Of a stretch of 44,285 nucleotides of DNA, positions 19,122 through 27,670 are shown piece by piece. Position numbers and translations under genes: made by a program. Origin of the DNA: an uncultured bacterium (GTDB taxonomy: Bacteria > Verrucomicrobiota > Kiritimatiellia > UBA8416 > CAMZLY01). The notes under the pieces were generated by a model. That model did no database searches. It was given only the letters and a program-made list of their open reading frames with translations, and was not told where the DNA came from. Position 1 is the first letter of the stretch; each line of letters begins with the position of its first letter. Location of the stretch: assembly GCA_947311825.1 (NCBI GenBank), contig CAMZLY010000083.1:1-44285 (forward strand), in the 5' to 3' direction.

Positions 19122-21215
19122 CTATCCACGTATTTGTTTCTTCTTTCTGTTCATCCAGGCAACTGCACCAAGAAAGATCAACCCCACCGGGCCTGTTCCG
19201 GGCGATAAATTTCTTCTACGTCTATGTGATGATTTATGCGGCTGACTAGTCTGCTGTGTCTGCCGAACTTGTTGTTGCTGTGTTGCCGGAACATTATTAG
19301 CAACCTGCTGCACGCTTTCTACGTCACGGGCTTCCTGTGGTCCAATATCAGATGATGCCATACGACGTGCTTCATCAAGGCTGTCACGTAACTGTTTCTG
19401 CGCATTACGATCACGTTTTATTCTTCTCTGATTGAGTCTTTTTATTTTCCAGCGTTTATATTCGTTGTCATTTTCCAGCACTAGAAATGATGTATATTCA
19501 GTTACTATCGAATACATCTCGCCCAATGATACTACCTGAGCAGTAACAGAATCTCTACTACCGTTTCTATCAGCCATTTTTAATAAGCTATCTATTCGTT
19601 TCCATGCCCACATACGCTCAACCTCCGGATTATCATCGTTCGTTGCCGGAAAGTTGAATGTTTGATTCATAGTTAAGGCAACCCCTTGAATATCTGCATT
19701 CAGTTTAACTTTTGTTTTCCCGTTGCCTTTATAGCGACCATAAACTCTAATTGGTGCACCGTAATATAAGTTAGGCAATATCTTAGGTTCGACATCATAG
19801 ACCTTGATTCCTTCGAATCTAACATCAAGATCAGTTGCTGCCGGATGTATAAGCTTACGTCTGAACGCATCTGCCATTCTTGCAAAATTGCTTCCTCTTG
19901 AAATAAACTCGGCAATCCCGCCGGAGTCCTTTGCCATCTGCTGAAGTAATGGGCGGTTAACATTATTACCAACACCAATACAGAATACACGTGCATTACG
20001 AGGTCTGGCTTTTATTCTATTGAGCAATATTTTTCTTTCACGTTGTTCAGTCATACCATCACTAAGAATCACTACGTTCAAAGTGCGGTCTGGGTCTGCA
20101 TATTTATATGCAACCGACATTGCCGGATCAAGAACTGTTCCGCCTCTAGCTTTTTGCGATGACATAAAATCAACTGCCGCCACAATGTTTTCTGCTGTAG
20201 CATTTTGAAGCGATCCAAAATGTGCATTTGGTTTTATGTTAAATGTCATAACATCAAAACGATCATCTCTGCTTAACGACTTAATAAAGCTCGCAACAGA
20301 ATTTTTTGACATTGCCAATTTACGGTCATTGCCCATGCTACCGGATATATCAATCAGAAAAACATAGTCCATGCCGGTATCTAGCTTGCCGAGATCTTCA
20401 CCAGCTGTAACTGTCATGCAAAAGTATCCATCTTCACCGGATTCTTTCGATGTAATCAAATCCATCCCGCTTTTCGGACGCATCATTTCACAAGCAAGCA
20501 CAACATCACGATTCAACTCGCCGCCGGTAGTTTCCAAGCTAGCTTGATAGTATGAGTCTGAATGCCCAACAATAATAAAGTCATCAGCATGGCTTGAACT
20601 TTCAACCTGCTTGATGGGAACCTCAGATTTAATTTCAAATGTGATTGCAAATTTTCCGTGTGTTTGCGAATCAACATTAGCTTTAGCTGTTGTTGCCAAT
20701 GGATAGACGTAATTTATCCAATCGTGATCAAAATCCATTTCCTGATAATATGTAATTTCAACCTTCTGTTCAGCACCGGCAGCAATCGGGAATATACGCA
20801 TCTCAAACGTTTTATAATCCATCTGCTCCAGCAAACCAGGATCACGTTTCTTTACCTTATAACTATTATATATCTCGCGTGCCCGTTTCTTCTCCAAGAC
20901 TTCACCTATCATTTCCTTGCCATTTATCCACATGCTGAAATTGGCAACTGATGCTCCTTTTGGCACAGGAAACGTATATAACGCTTCCACTTGCCTCTTC
21001 TCGGTATTCTTAAATACCTGAGTAACCTTCGTGACAGCAATTCCGTTATTGATGGTGACTTTTACATCATGCTCAACAATCTCAAGCACGCCGCCCAAAC
21101 CTCCATCTGCGATAAGAAGCCCTGCCGCATTACTACTGCAAGCTCCAAATTCTGTAGCCGTTATAACCAATGCTACTACCAACGCCTTCCATCCTACTAC
21201 TTTCCTCTTCATCAT
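19122..21215 (-). CDS. Secreted VIT + vWA domain protein with C-terminal sorting signal
   Basis: Signal peptide, VIT (VTQVFKN...EALYTFPVP...DPGLLEQ), MIDAS DISGS...ILSDG, VTEYTSFLVLE, Q-rich linker, tail PGTGPVGLIFLGAVAWMNRKKK; AGGAGG RBS. Confidence 0.9.
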   Translation of the reverse strand: MMKRKVVGWKALVVALVITATEFGACSSNAAGLLIADGGLGGVLEIVEHDVKVTINNGIAVTKVTQVFKNTEKRQVEALYTFPVPKGASVANFSMWINGKEMIGEVLEKKRAREIYNSYKVKKRDPGLLEQMDYKTFEMRIFPIAAGAEQKVEITYYQEMDFDHDWINYVYPLATTAKANVDSQTHGKFAITFEIKSEVPIKQVESSSHADDFIIVGHSDSYYQASLETTGGELNRDVVLACEMMRPKSGMDLITSKESGEDGYFCMTVTAGEDLGKLDTGMDYVFLIDISGSMGNDRKLAMSKNSVASFIKSLSRDDRFDVMTFNIKPNAHFGSLQNATAENIVAAVDFMSSQKARGGTVLDPAMSVAYKYADPDRTLNVVILSDGMTEQRERKILLNRIKARPRNARVFCIGVGNNVNRPLLQQMAKDSGGIAEFISRGSNFARMADAFRRKLIHPAATDLDVRFEGIKVYDVEPKILPNLYYGAPIRVYGRYKGNGKTKVKLNADIQGVALTMNQTFNFPATNDDNPEVERMWAWKRIDSLLKMADRNGSRDSVTAQVVSLGEMYSIVTEYTSFLVLENDNEYKRWKIKRLNQRRIKRDRNAQKQLRDSLDEARRMASSDIGPQEARDVESVQQVANNVPATQQQQVRQTQQTSQPHKSSHRRRRNLSPGTGPVGLIFLGAVAWMNRKKKQIRG

Positions 21216-21279
21216 CCTACCCTCCTAATGTGAGCCTGCACGCCATTCGTGCAGTTTAACTCACACGCCTACCTCTATC

Positions 21280-21295
21280 GCAAAGAGCGTGCCAA
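21280..21295 (-). promoter_or_regulatory. Sigma54 (-24/-12) promoter of the VIT-vWA/rhombosortase operon
   Basis: Minus strand TTGGCACGCTCTTTGC = TGGCAC-N5-TTGC, 65 bp upstream of the start codon and next to a GAFTGA activator gene. Confidence 0.88.
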
Positions 21296-21322
21296 CCCTA
21301 CGGCAAAATATAAGTACCTTTA

Positions 21323-21335
21323 TATCAACATGTTA
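21323..21335. promoter_or_regulatory. IHF binding site candidate
   Basis: TATCAACATGTTA matches WATCAANNNNTTR and lies between the sigma54 promoter and the candidate UAS. Confidence 0.7.
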
Positions 21336-21374
21336 GACATTTGGCATATAATTTATTAAAACATCTATAGACTT

Positions 21375-21399
21375 ACAATGTATATTGATGCTACATTGT
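21375..21399. promoter_or_regulatory. Candidate upstream activator sequence (inverted repeat)
   Basis: ACAATGTA-N9-TACATTGT perfect 8-bp inverted repeat ~80-105 bp upstream of the -24 box, immediately before the activator ATG. Confidence 0.6.
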
Positions 21400-21403
21400 T
21401 TGT

Positions 21404-22903
21404 ATGAGAAATAAAAAAATATTATCGGACAATGACCGCCACTTCTTTGAACTTGTGACCGAGTCGACATTTGCTAATCCCTTCAGCAATGAGCGAGAAG
21501 AGTTAAATCAAAAAATTCTGAAACTATCGCCAACCATAGACAAAAAAGAGGCAATTGAGCAGATTATGGCGGCATTATCTTTACGATTAAACAAATTACG
21601 TAAGAATAATGCGGATAATATCAACAGTTACAGCCATGCAGACAGCAAACTGCTCAAATTTGCCATTCTATTTGACCTATTTCATCAATATTGTCAGCAA
21701 TTCGATGATCACATTCTCGCACAAGCATCAGAGCCAGCTGTCAATCTGCCATTATCATTTGCAAATGAAATGATGCAAGCAATGACAAAACATGGAATAT
21801 CTGAAAGAGAAGCACTGCACTATTTTGCACTTTCCTATCAGGTACGCCGTGCGTTCTTCTTTATAAATGGTAGCCTGCTCGGTACATCAGAATCTATGCG
21901 TCACTTACGCAAGCAACTCTGGAACAATATTTTTACCTGTGACGTGCACCGCTACATGGAATCCATGTGGAATCGTATGGAAGATTTCTCAACACTGTTA
22001 CTTGGCGGTACAGGAACCGGCAAAGGAACAGCGGCAGCCGCTATTGGACGATCGGGTTATATTCCATTTGATAAAAAAAACAACTTCTTTACAGAATCAT
22101 TTACGACATCTTTTGTATCGCTTAACCTGTCCCAGTTTCCTGAATCACTGATTGAATCAGAAATATTCGGTCATCGAAAAGGAGCATTTACCGGTGCCAT
22201 AGATAATCATAAAGGAATTTTCTCACGCTGCAGTGAACATGGTGCCATTTTTCTTGATGAAATAGGAGACGTTACCATTCCTGTTCAGATTAAATTGCTT
22301 CAAGTATTGCAAGAACGAACCTTCTCCCCTGTCGGTAGTCATAGCACAGAAAACTTTAAAGGCCGCGTCATAGCGGCAACTAACAGACCACTTGACAATT
22401 TGCGTACTAAAGGAGTTTTTCGAGATGATTTCTATTATAGACTTTGCTCAGACGAGATTACCGTTCCATCATTACATCAGCGGATTATGGAAGATGAAAA
22501 TGAATTAAAAATACTTCTCAGTCATATTCTAAAAAAATTACTCGGCGACAATGCAGAGAACTTTCTATCGCAAACCTTGAGCACAATCATAAAAGACGTG
22601 GGCAAAGACTACAAATGGCCCGGCAACGTTCGAGAGTTAGAACAGGCAACTCGCCGGATACTTCTAAACGGTCATTATCGAGGTGATACCGCAGAAAAAC
22701 CCGATAACACAAAAAACAACCTACTTACCAATATAGACGATGGGGCACTTAATGCCGACGAACTTATAACCGAATACTGCAAAATGCTATATAAGCGACA
22801 TCCAACTTACGGAGAAGTTGCACGCCACACCGGACTAGACTGGCGTACAGTTAAAAAATATATAGCCGCAAAAGAACGCAAGGAGCCCAAACATTTCTAT
22901 TAA
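21404..22903 (+). CDS. Sigma54-dependent enhancer-binding protein with unrecognised N-terminal domain
   Basis: Walker A GGTGTGKG, ESEIFGHRKGAFTGA, FLDEIG, FRDDFYYRL, WPGNVREL, HTH YGEVARHTGLDWRTVKKY; no REC/GAF/PAS recognised in the first ~190 aa. Confidence 0.92.
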   Translation: MRNKKILSDNDRHFFELVTESTFANPFSNEREELNQKILKLSPTIDKKEAIEQIMAALSLRLNKLRKNNADNINSYSHADSKLLKFAILFDLFHQYCQQFDDHILAQASEPAVNLPLSFANEMMQAMTKHGISEREALHYFALSYQVRRAFFFINGSLLGTSESMRHLRKQLWNNIFTCDVHRYMESMWNRMEDFSTLLLGGTGTGKGTAAAAIGRSGYIPFDKKNNFFTESFTTSFVSLNLSQFPESLIESEIFGHRKGAFTGAIDNHKGIFSRCSEHGAIFLDEIGDVTIPVQIKLLQVLQERTFSPVGSHSTENFKGRVIAATNRPLDNLRTKGVFRDDFYYRLCSDEITVPSLHQRIMEDENELKILLSHILKKLLGDNAENFLSQTLSTIIKDVGKDYKWPGNVRELEQATRRILLNGHYRGDTAEKPDNTKNNLLTNIDDGALNADELITEYCKMLYKRHPTYGEVARHTGLDWRTVKKYIAAKERKEPKHFY

Positions 22904-22906
22904 CTG

Positions 22907-23072
22907 GAGGTGCTTGCAAAACTACTGTGCGAGGCAATTTTTCGTGTTTTAGGCGAGCAAATTCTGCCTTTTGAACAATTGGAGCATACCCGTAGGGTCT
23001 GTAAAATTGCGAAAAAGCAGAATATGCCGCATAAAATCAAAAAGTGCCCGCAGATAGTTTTGCAAGTGCCTC
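22907..23072. mobile_element. MITE-like fold-back element, copy 1 (166 bp)
   Basis: 18-bp TIRs GAGGTGCTTGCAAAACTA / TAGTTTTGCAAGTGCCTC (2 mismatches); near-identical copies start at 31204 and 44177. Confidence 0.88.
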
Positions 23073-23197
23073 GTTTGTTAATATTGATTATTTTGCTACT
23101 GGAATTACCAATGCTACAGTTAAGAATGTGAAGTATTGTTGGAGAGTTGAATGTGAGACTATGCGCTCGGTAGGTTTGTTGATTTGAGGTATATTAT

Positions 23198-24061
23198 ATG
23201 AATAAGATTGTTAGTAAGAAGAAGTTGGCGGCGGCGGTTTATGAAATGGAAGTTGAGGCTCCACTTATTGCGGAGGAACGGCAGGCGGGGCAGTTTATTA
23301 TTTTTCAGCTTGATACTGATTCAGGTGAACGGGTTCCATTGACCATTGCGGATGCTGATAGGGATAGGGGTACTATAACTTTGGTTTTTCAGACTGTAGG
23401 AAAGACTACCCATGATTTGGGAGAACTTGAAGTTGGGGATAGTATTAAACATCTGCTTGGTCCGCTGGGAACACCAACAAAGATTGAGAATGTTGGGCAT
23501 GTTGTTTGTGTTGGTGGCGGGATTGGTGTTGCACCGCTTCATCCAATTGCGAAAGCAATGAAGGCCGCGGGTAATAAGGTTACAATTATTCTTGGTGCCC
23601 GTAATAAGGAGTTAGTGGTTTTTGAAGATCGTATGCGTGCTATTGCTGATGAATTGATTATTTGTACTGACGATGGCTCTTATGGGCGTAAGGATTTGGT
23701 GACAGCTCCGCTTAAGGAACTTTGTGAGATGGATTCTAAGCCGGATGAGGTGATTGCGATTGGTCCGCCTATTATGATGAAGTTTTGTGCCGAGACAACG
23801 CGCCCATACGAGGTTCATACTTTGGTTTCGCTTAATACGATCATGATTGATGGTACGGGGATGTGTGGCGGTTGCCGCGTTACTGTAGGTGGTGAGACTA
23901 AGTTTGTTTGTGTTGACGGTCCAGAGTTTGATGGTCATCTGGTGGATTTTGATAATATGATGAATCGTCTTGGTGCTTATAAGAAGATTGAAGATGAAGA
24001 CCATAAGAAGTGTCATCTTGAGATCGCTGCCGAGAAGAAGGAGGCGGAACTTAATGCATAA
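23198..24061 (+). CDS. nfnA: Electron-bifurcating transhydrogenase small subunit (NfnA/SudB-like)
   Basis: GERVPLTI, VGGGIG, TDDGSYG, DGTGMCGGCR...CVDGPEF 2Fe-2S motif. Confidence 0.9.
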   Translation: MNKIVSKKKLAAAVYEMEVEAPLIAEERQAGQFIIFQLDTDSGERVPLTIADADRDRGTITLVFQTVGKTTHDLGELEVGDSIKHLLGPLGTPTKIENVGHVVCVGGGIGVAPLHPIAKAMKAAGNKVTIILGARNKELVVFEDRMRAIADELIICTDDGSYGRKDLVTAPLKELCEMDSKPDEVIAIGPPIMMKFCAETTRPYEVHTLVSLNTIMIDGTGMCGGCRVTVGGETKFVCVDGPEFDGHLVDFDNMMNRLGAYKKIEDEDHKKCHLEIAAEKKEAELNA

Positions 24062-25544
24062 ATCATCTAAAGAGCTTTTTGAAGAGGCAATCGTACAGCT
24101 TAAAGATTTGGAGCTGCGCATGGGGGAGCTTACCATGCGGGACAGGTTATCTATTCCGTTACAGGAAATGCCTAATCAGGATCCAAATGAGCGCCGAATT
24201 AATATGGGTGAGGTTGCTCTTGGGTATAGTGTTGAACAGGCCCGGGTAGAGGCAATGCGTTGTATTCAGTGTAAAACTAAGCCGTGTATTAAGGGGTGTC
24301 CGGTTGGTATTGATATTCCTGCATTTATTCAGGCTATTGCTAATAATGATCTTGAGAAAAGTATTGATATAATTAAGCAGAGCAGTCTGTTGCCGGCAGT
24401 TTGTGGGCGAGTCTGTCCGCAGGAAACGCAGTGTCAGTTATATTGTACCGTTGGTAAGTCGCTTAAAGATGTTGAAAAATCAGTCTCCATAGGGCGGCTA
24501 GAGCGGTTTGTTGCTGATTGGGAACGTGAGAATGGTATTAAGAAGCCGATTATTAAGCAGGAAACCGGTAAAAAAGTTGCCGTTATTGGTAGCGGTCCAG
24601 CCAGTATCACCGTGGCAGCTGATGTGCGGCGGGAGGGGCATGAAGTTGTTATGTTTGAAGCGTTTCATAAACCTGGCGGGGTTTTGATGTATGGAATTCC
24701 TGAATTTCGTTTGCCGAAAGCTATTGTGCAGCAGGAGATTGAAGGTCTACTTGATATGGGGGTTGAAATTAGAACAGATTTTGTGGTTGGGCGTACAAGG
24801 AAATTGCATGACCTTATTGCGAAAGATGGTTTTGATGCAGTTTTTGTTGGAACAGGTGCCGGGCTTCCTAAGTTTATGAATATTGAAGGTGAGAATCTTA
24901 TAGGCGTGTTTTCTGCTAATGAGTTTCTTACTCGTGTAAATCTAATGAAGGCGTATGACCGTGATAATGCTGATACGCCGGTTGTTGAGTCTGAAAGTTT
25001 AGCTGTTTTGGGTGGTGGCAATGTTGCTATGGATGCCGCACGAACGGCGATCCGCCTTGGTGCAAAAAAGGTCTATTTAGTATATCGTCGTACTGAAGAG
25101 GAAATGCCTGCAAGAATTGAGGAGGTTGCACATGCCCGAGAAGAGGGGGTGGAGTTTTGTATGCTTCAGAACGCCAAGGGGATTGTTGGTGATGAGTATG
25201 GGCGTGTTACTGGAATGAAATGTGTACGTTATGAACTTGGTGAGCCGGATGATTCGGGGCGAAGAAGACCGGTAGAGATTGCCGGTAGCGAATTTGTGAT
25301 GGAAGTGGACACTGTTATTGTTGCTATTGGGAATGATTCTAATCCGTTGATCAAACAGACAACACCTGCATTAGAAACAAATAAATGGGGTAATATTATT
25401 GTAGATGATACCGGCAAAACTTCACTTGATGCAGTCTATGCCGGTGGTGATATTGTTCTTGGTGCAGCTACGGTTATTCTTGCTATGGGGGAAGGTCGTC
25501 GTGCAGCGGCGGCAATTATAGAGCAGTTAGCAGTGAACAGTTAG
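24054..25544 (+). CDS. nfnB: NfnB/SudA-like large subunit (GltD-like flavo-FeS protein)
   Basis: RCIQC...CIKGCP, CGRVCPQETQC, GSGPAS, GGGNVAMDAAR, AGGDIV. Start moved to ATG 24054, which has an AAGGAGG RBS; the ORF track extends to 23970. Confidence 0.9.
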   Translation: MHKSSKELFEEAIVQLKDLELRMGELTMRDRLSIPLQEMPNQDPNERRINMGEVALGYSVEQARVEAMRCIQCKTKPCIKGCPVGIDIPAFIQAIANNDLEKSIDIIKQSSLLPAVCGRVCPQETQCQLYCTVGKSLKDVEKSVSIGRLERFVADWERENGIKKPIIKQETGKKVAVIGSGPASITVAADVRREGHEVVMFEAFHKPGGVLMYGIPEFRLPKAIVQQEIEGLLDMGVEIRTDFVVGRTRKLHDLIAKDGFDAVFVGTGAGLPKFMNIEGENLIGVFSANEFLTRVNLMKAYDRDNADTPVVESESLAVLGGGNVAMDAARTAIRLGAKKVYLVYRRTEEEMPARIEEVAHAREEGVEFCMLQNAKGIVGDEYGRVTGMKCVRYELGEPDDSGRRRPVEIAGSEFVMEVDTVIVAIGNDSNPLIKQTTPALETNKWGNIIVDDTGKTSLDAVYAGGDIVLGAATVILAMGEGRRAAAAIIEQLAVNS

Positions 25545-25558
25545 CAGTGAATAGTGAG
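25524..25558 (+). repeat. Heptamer tandem repeat (C/T)AGT(T/G)A(G/A) x5 overlapping the nfnB stop
   Basis: cagttag cagtgaa cagttag cagtgaa tagtgag; related array at 44081-44108. Confidence 0.75.
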
Positions 25559-25632
25559 TTCTTTTTGAGGTCTTTGATAAGTTTGGTAAAGATTATCCAG
25601 CGGCATCAAGGTGGTAGGTAGAGGGATTTATA

Positions 25633-26184
25633 ATGGAAAAGCAAATGGTAATATCGGTTATGTCCAAGGATAGACCGGGAATTATTGCAGATGTTACGGG
25701 TGTGATATATGAGCTGAACGGTAATTTGGCAGATTTAAAGCAGTCAGTACTTTGTGGTTATTTCACGATGATTCTAATGGTTTCTTTTGGTGATGATATA
25801 ACTGCTGGAGAGATTGCTGAGAAAATATCCAGCGTAGAATCTGAAACTAGACTTGAAGTTGTCGTTAAAGATTTTGTTGGGACTCTTGATTCTGGTTCTG
25901 TGATAGGTAGTAATATTTATGTTATTACTGCACAGGGTGCAAATAAAAATGGGCTAGTTGCACGTATGGGGAGGTTGTGCTTTGCCTACGGGATTAATAT
26001 TCTTGATTTTGATACCGCGGTTTCTGATGGATTATACAGTATGATTTTGCATGTAGACCTTGCTGGTGTTGCATCATTAGATGATATATATATGGCAGTT
26101 GAGGATTTTGGCAGAGAGGTTGAACTTAATGTTGTGATGCAGCATATTGATATTTTTAAAGCTACTAGTGATATATCACTATAA
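25633..26184 (+). CDS. Tandem ACT-domain protein (GcvR-like)
   Basis: VISVMSKDRPGIIA and VITAQGANKNGLVA ACT starts; C-terminal QHIDIF resembles ACT proteins found next to DUF711 genes. Confidence 0.85.
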   Translation: MEKQMVISVMSKDRPGIIADVTGVIYELNGNLADLKQSVLCGYFTMILMVSFGDDITAGEIAEKISSVESETRLEVVVKDFVGTLDSGSVIGSNIYVITAQGANKNGLVARMGRLCFAYGINILDFDTAVSDGLYSMILHVDLAGVASLDDIYMAVEDFGREVELNVVMQHIDIFKATSDISL

Positions 26185-26196
26185 ATAAGGATTATT

Positions 26197-27576
26197 ATGA
26201 GTGCATCAAGAAACATTCTTGCAACAATAGATATGATACAGAAGGAGCATTTAGATGTTAGAACTGTAACGATGGGAATAAACCTAATGGAATGTTGTGG
26301 CAGTAATGTTCAGGAAACATGTCGGAAGGTGGAGAGTAAAATAATATCCGTTGCCGGCTCTTTTGTGGGCATTTGTGATGAGGTAGGTAAGACCTACGGA
26401 ATTCCGGTAGTAAATAAACGCATTTCTATAACCCCTATTGTTCATATCGGGGCTAGCTTTGATCGTTACGGATTTATTGAGCTGGCAAAAGCACTTGATC
26501 GTGCGGCAACGACTGTAGGTGTTGATATTTTAGGCGGCTTCTCTGCACAGGTGGAAAAGGGTATGACGGCAACGGATTTAGAGTATATTGCATCATTACC
26601 GGAAGCTATATCAACCACGGGTAAAATTTGTGCATCAATAAATATAGCCACCACTAAAAAGGGCATAAATATGGATGCACTTAAATTAGTGGGACAGACG
26701 GTAAAAGACTTGGCAGAGAATACTAAAGAAAATGATGGGTTTGGTGCCGCCAAGTTTGTGGTGTTTTGTAATCAGCCAGGTGACAATCCCTTTATGGCAG
26801 GTGCAATTCATGGACTAGAAGAAGCTGATGTTGTTTTGAATGTTGGTGTTAGTGGCCCTGGTGTTATTGCTCGGGCATTGGACCGCATTATAAAAAATGT
26901 TGGGTGTGCAAATCTTAGACTTGATGATCTTGCAGAGGAAATTAAACAGACTACATTTCGTGTTACACGTTGTGGCGAACTGATTGGTCGGCGTGTGTCT
27001 GAAAAGCTAGGAGTGGAGTTTGGGGTAGTAGATCTTTCGTTAGCACCTACGCCAACAATAGGGGATAGTGTTGGTGAAATTTTCCAGATTCTGGGCGTCG
27101 ATGATGTAGGTGCACCAGGGTCAACGGCAATTCTTGCAATGCTGAATGATGCTGTAAAAAAAGGCGGAGTATTTGCCAGTAAAACTGTCGGTGGATTAAG
27201 TGGTGCATTTATTCCTGTTATGGAAGATGCGGTGTTGGCAGATGCTGTAGAAAAAGGATCACTTAGTCTTGAAAAACTGGAAGCCATGACTTGTGTCTGC
27301 TCGGTTGGATTGGATATGGTTCCTATTCCTGGTTCAGTAGGTGCTGATACTATTTCGGCAATTATTGCTGACGAGATGGCGTTAGGTATGATTAATCAAA
27401 AAACTACCGCCGCACGTCTTATTCCTGTTCCTGGAAAAAAAGCTGGTGAGCATGTGAGCTTTGGTGGGCTCTTTGGTGCCAGTCCGATATTACCGGTTAA
27501 TAATATTGGTAAATCAAAACGGTTTATAGAGTGGGGAGGACGTATCCCCGCACCAATACATAGTTTTAAAAACTAG
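26197..27576 (+). CDS. DUF711 / UPF0210 (PFL-like) family protein
   Basis: LDVRTVTMGI, VNKRISITP, DNPFMAGA, VDLSLAPTP, VCSVGLDM, GGRIPAPIHSFKN. Confidence 0.92.
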   Translation: MSASRNILATIDMIQKEHLDVRTVTMGINLMECCGSNVQETCRKVESKIISVAGSFVGICDEVGKTYGIPVVNKRISITPIVHIGASFDRYGFIELAKALDRAATTVGVDILGGFSAQVEKGMTATDLEYIASLPEAISTTGKICASINIATTKKGINMDALKLVGQTVKDLAENTKENDGFGAAKFVVFCNQPGDNPFMAGAIHGLEEADVVLNVGVSGPGVIARALDRIIKNVGCANLRLDDLAEEIKQTTFRVTRCGELIGRRVSEKLGVEFGVVDLSLAPTPTIGDSVGEIFQILGVDDVGAPGSTAILAMLNDAVKKGGVFASKTVGGLSGAFIPVMEDAVLADAVEKGSLSLEKLEAMTCVCSVGLDMVPIPGSVGADTISAIIADEMALGMINQKTTAARLIPVPGKKAGEHVSFGGLFGASPILPVNNIGKSKRFIEWGGRIPAPIHSFKN

Positions 27577-27670
27577 CCAATGAGGTTGCTATTAATATTC
27601 CCAAAACAAATAAGTCCGATGGGCACAACCAGCACCAAATAGTTAAGAATAAAAATCCGTTGCCTTAAAT

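Noticed and set aside
22910-23131. 73-aa ORF after the sigma54 activator
   Set aside because: Lies mostly within the MITE-like element and is far too short for a transposase.
23073-23197. Replication origin at the skew switch
   Set aside because: Short spacer with no TTATCCACA-like cluster and no dnaA/dnaN/gidA nearby; not called, though not fully excluded.
23970-24053. N-terminal extension of nfnB given by the ORF track
   Set aside because: Overlaps nfnA; ATG 24054 has a strong AAGGAGG RBS.
23198-25544. Glutamate synthase
   Set aside because: No large subunit gltB; pairing with an NfnA/SudB-like gene indicates NfnAB.
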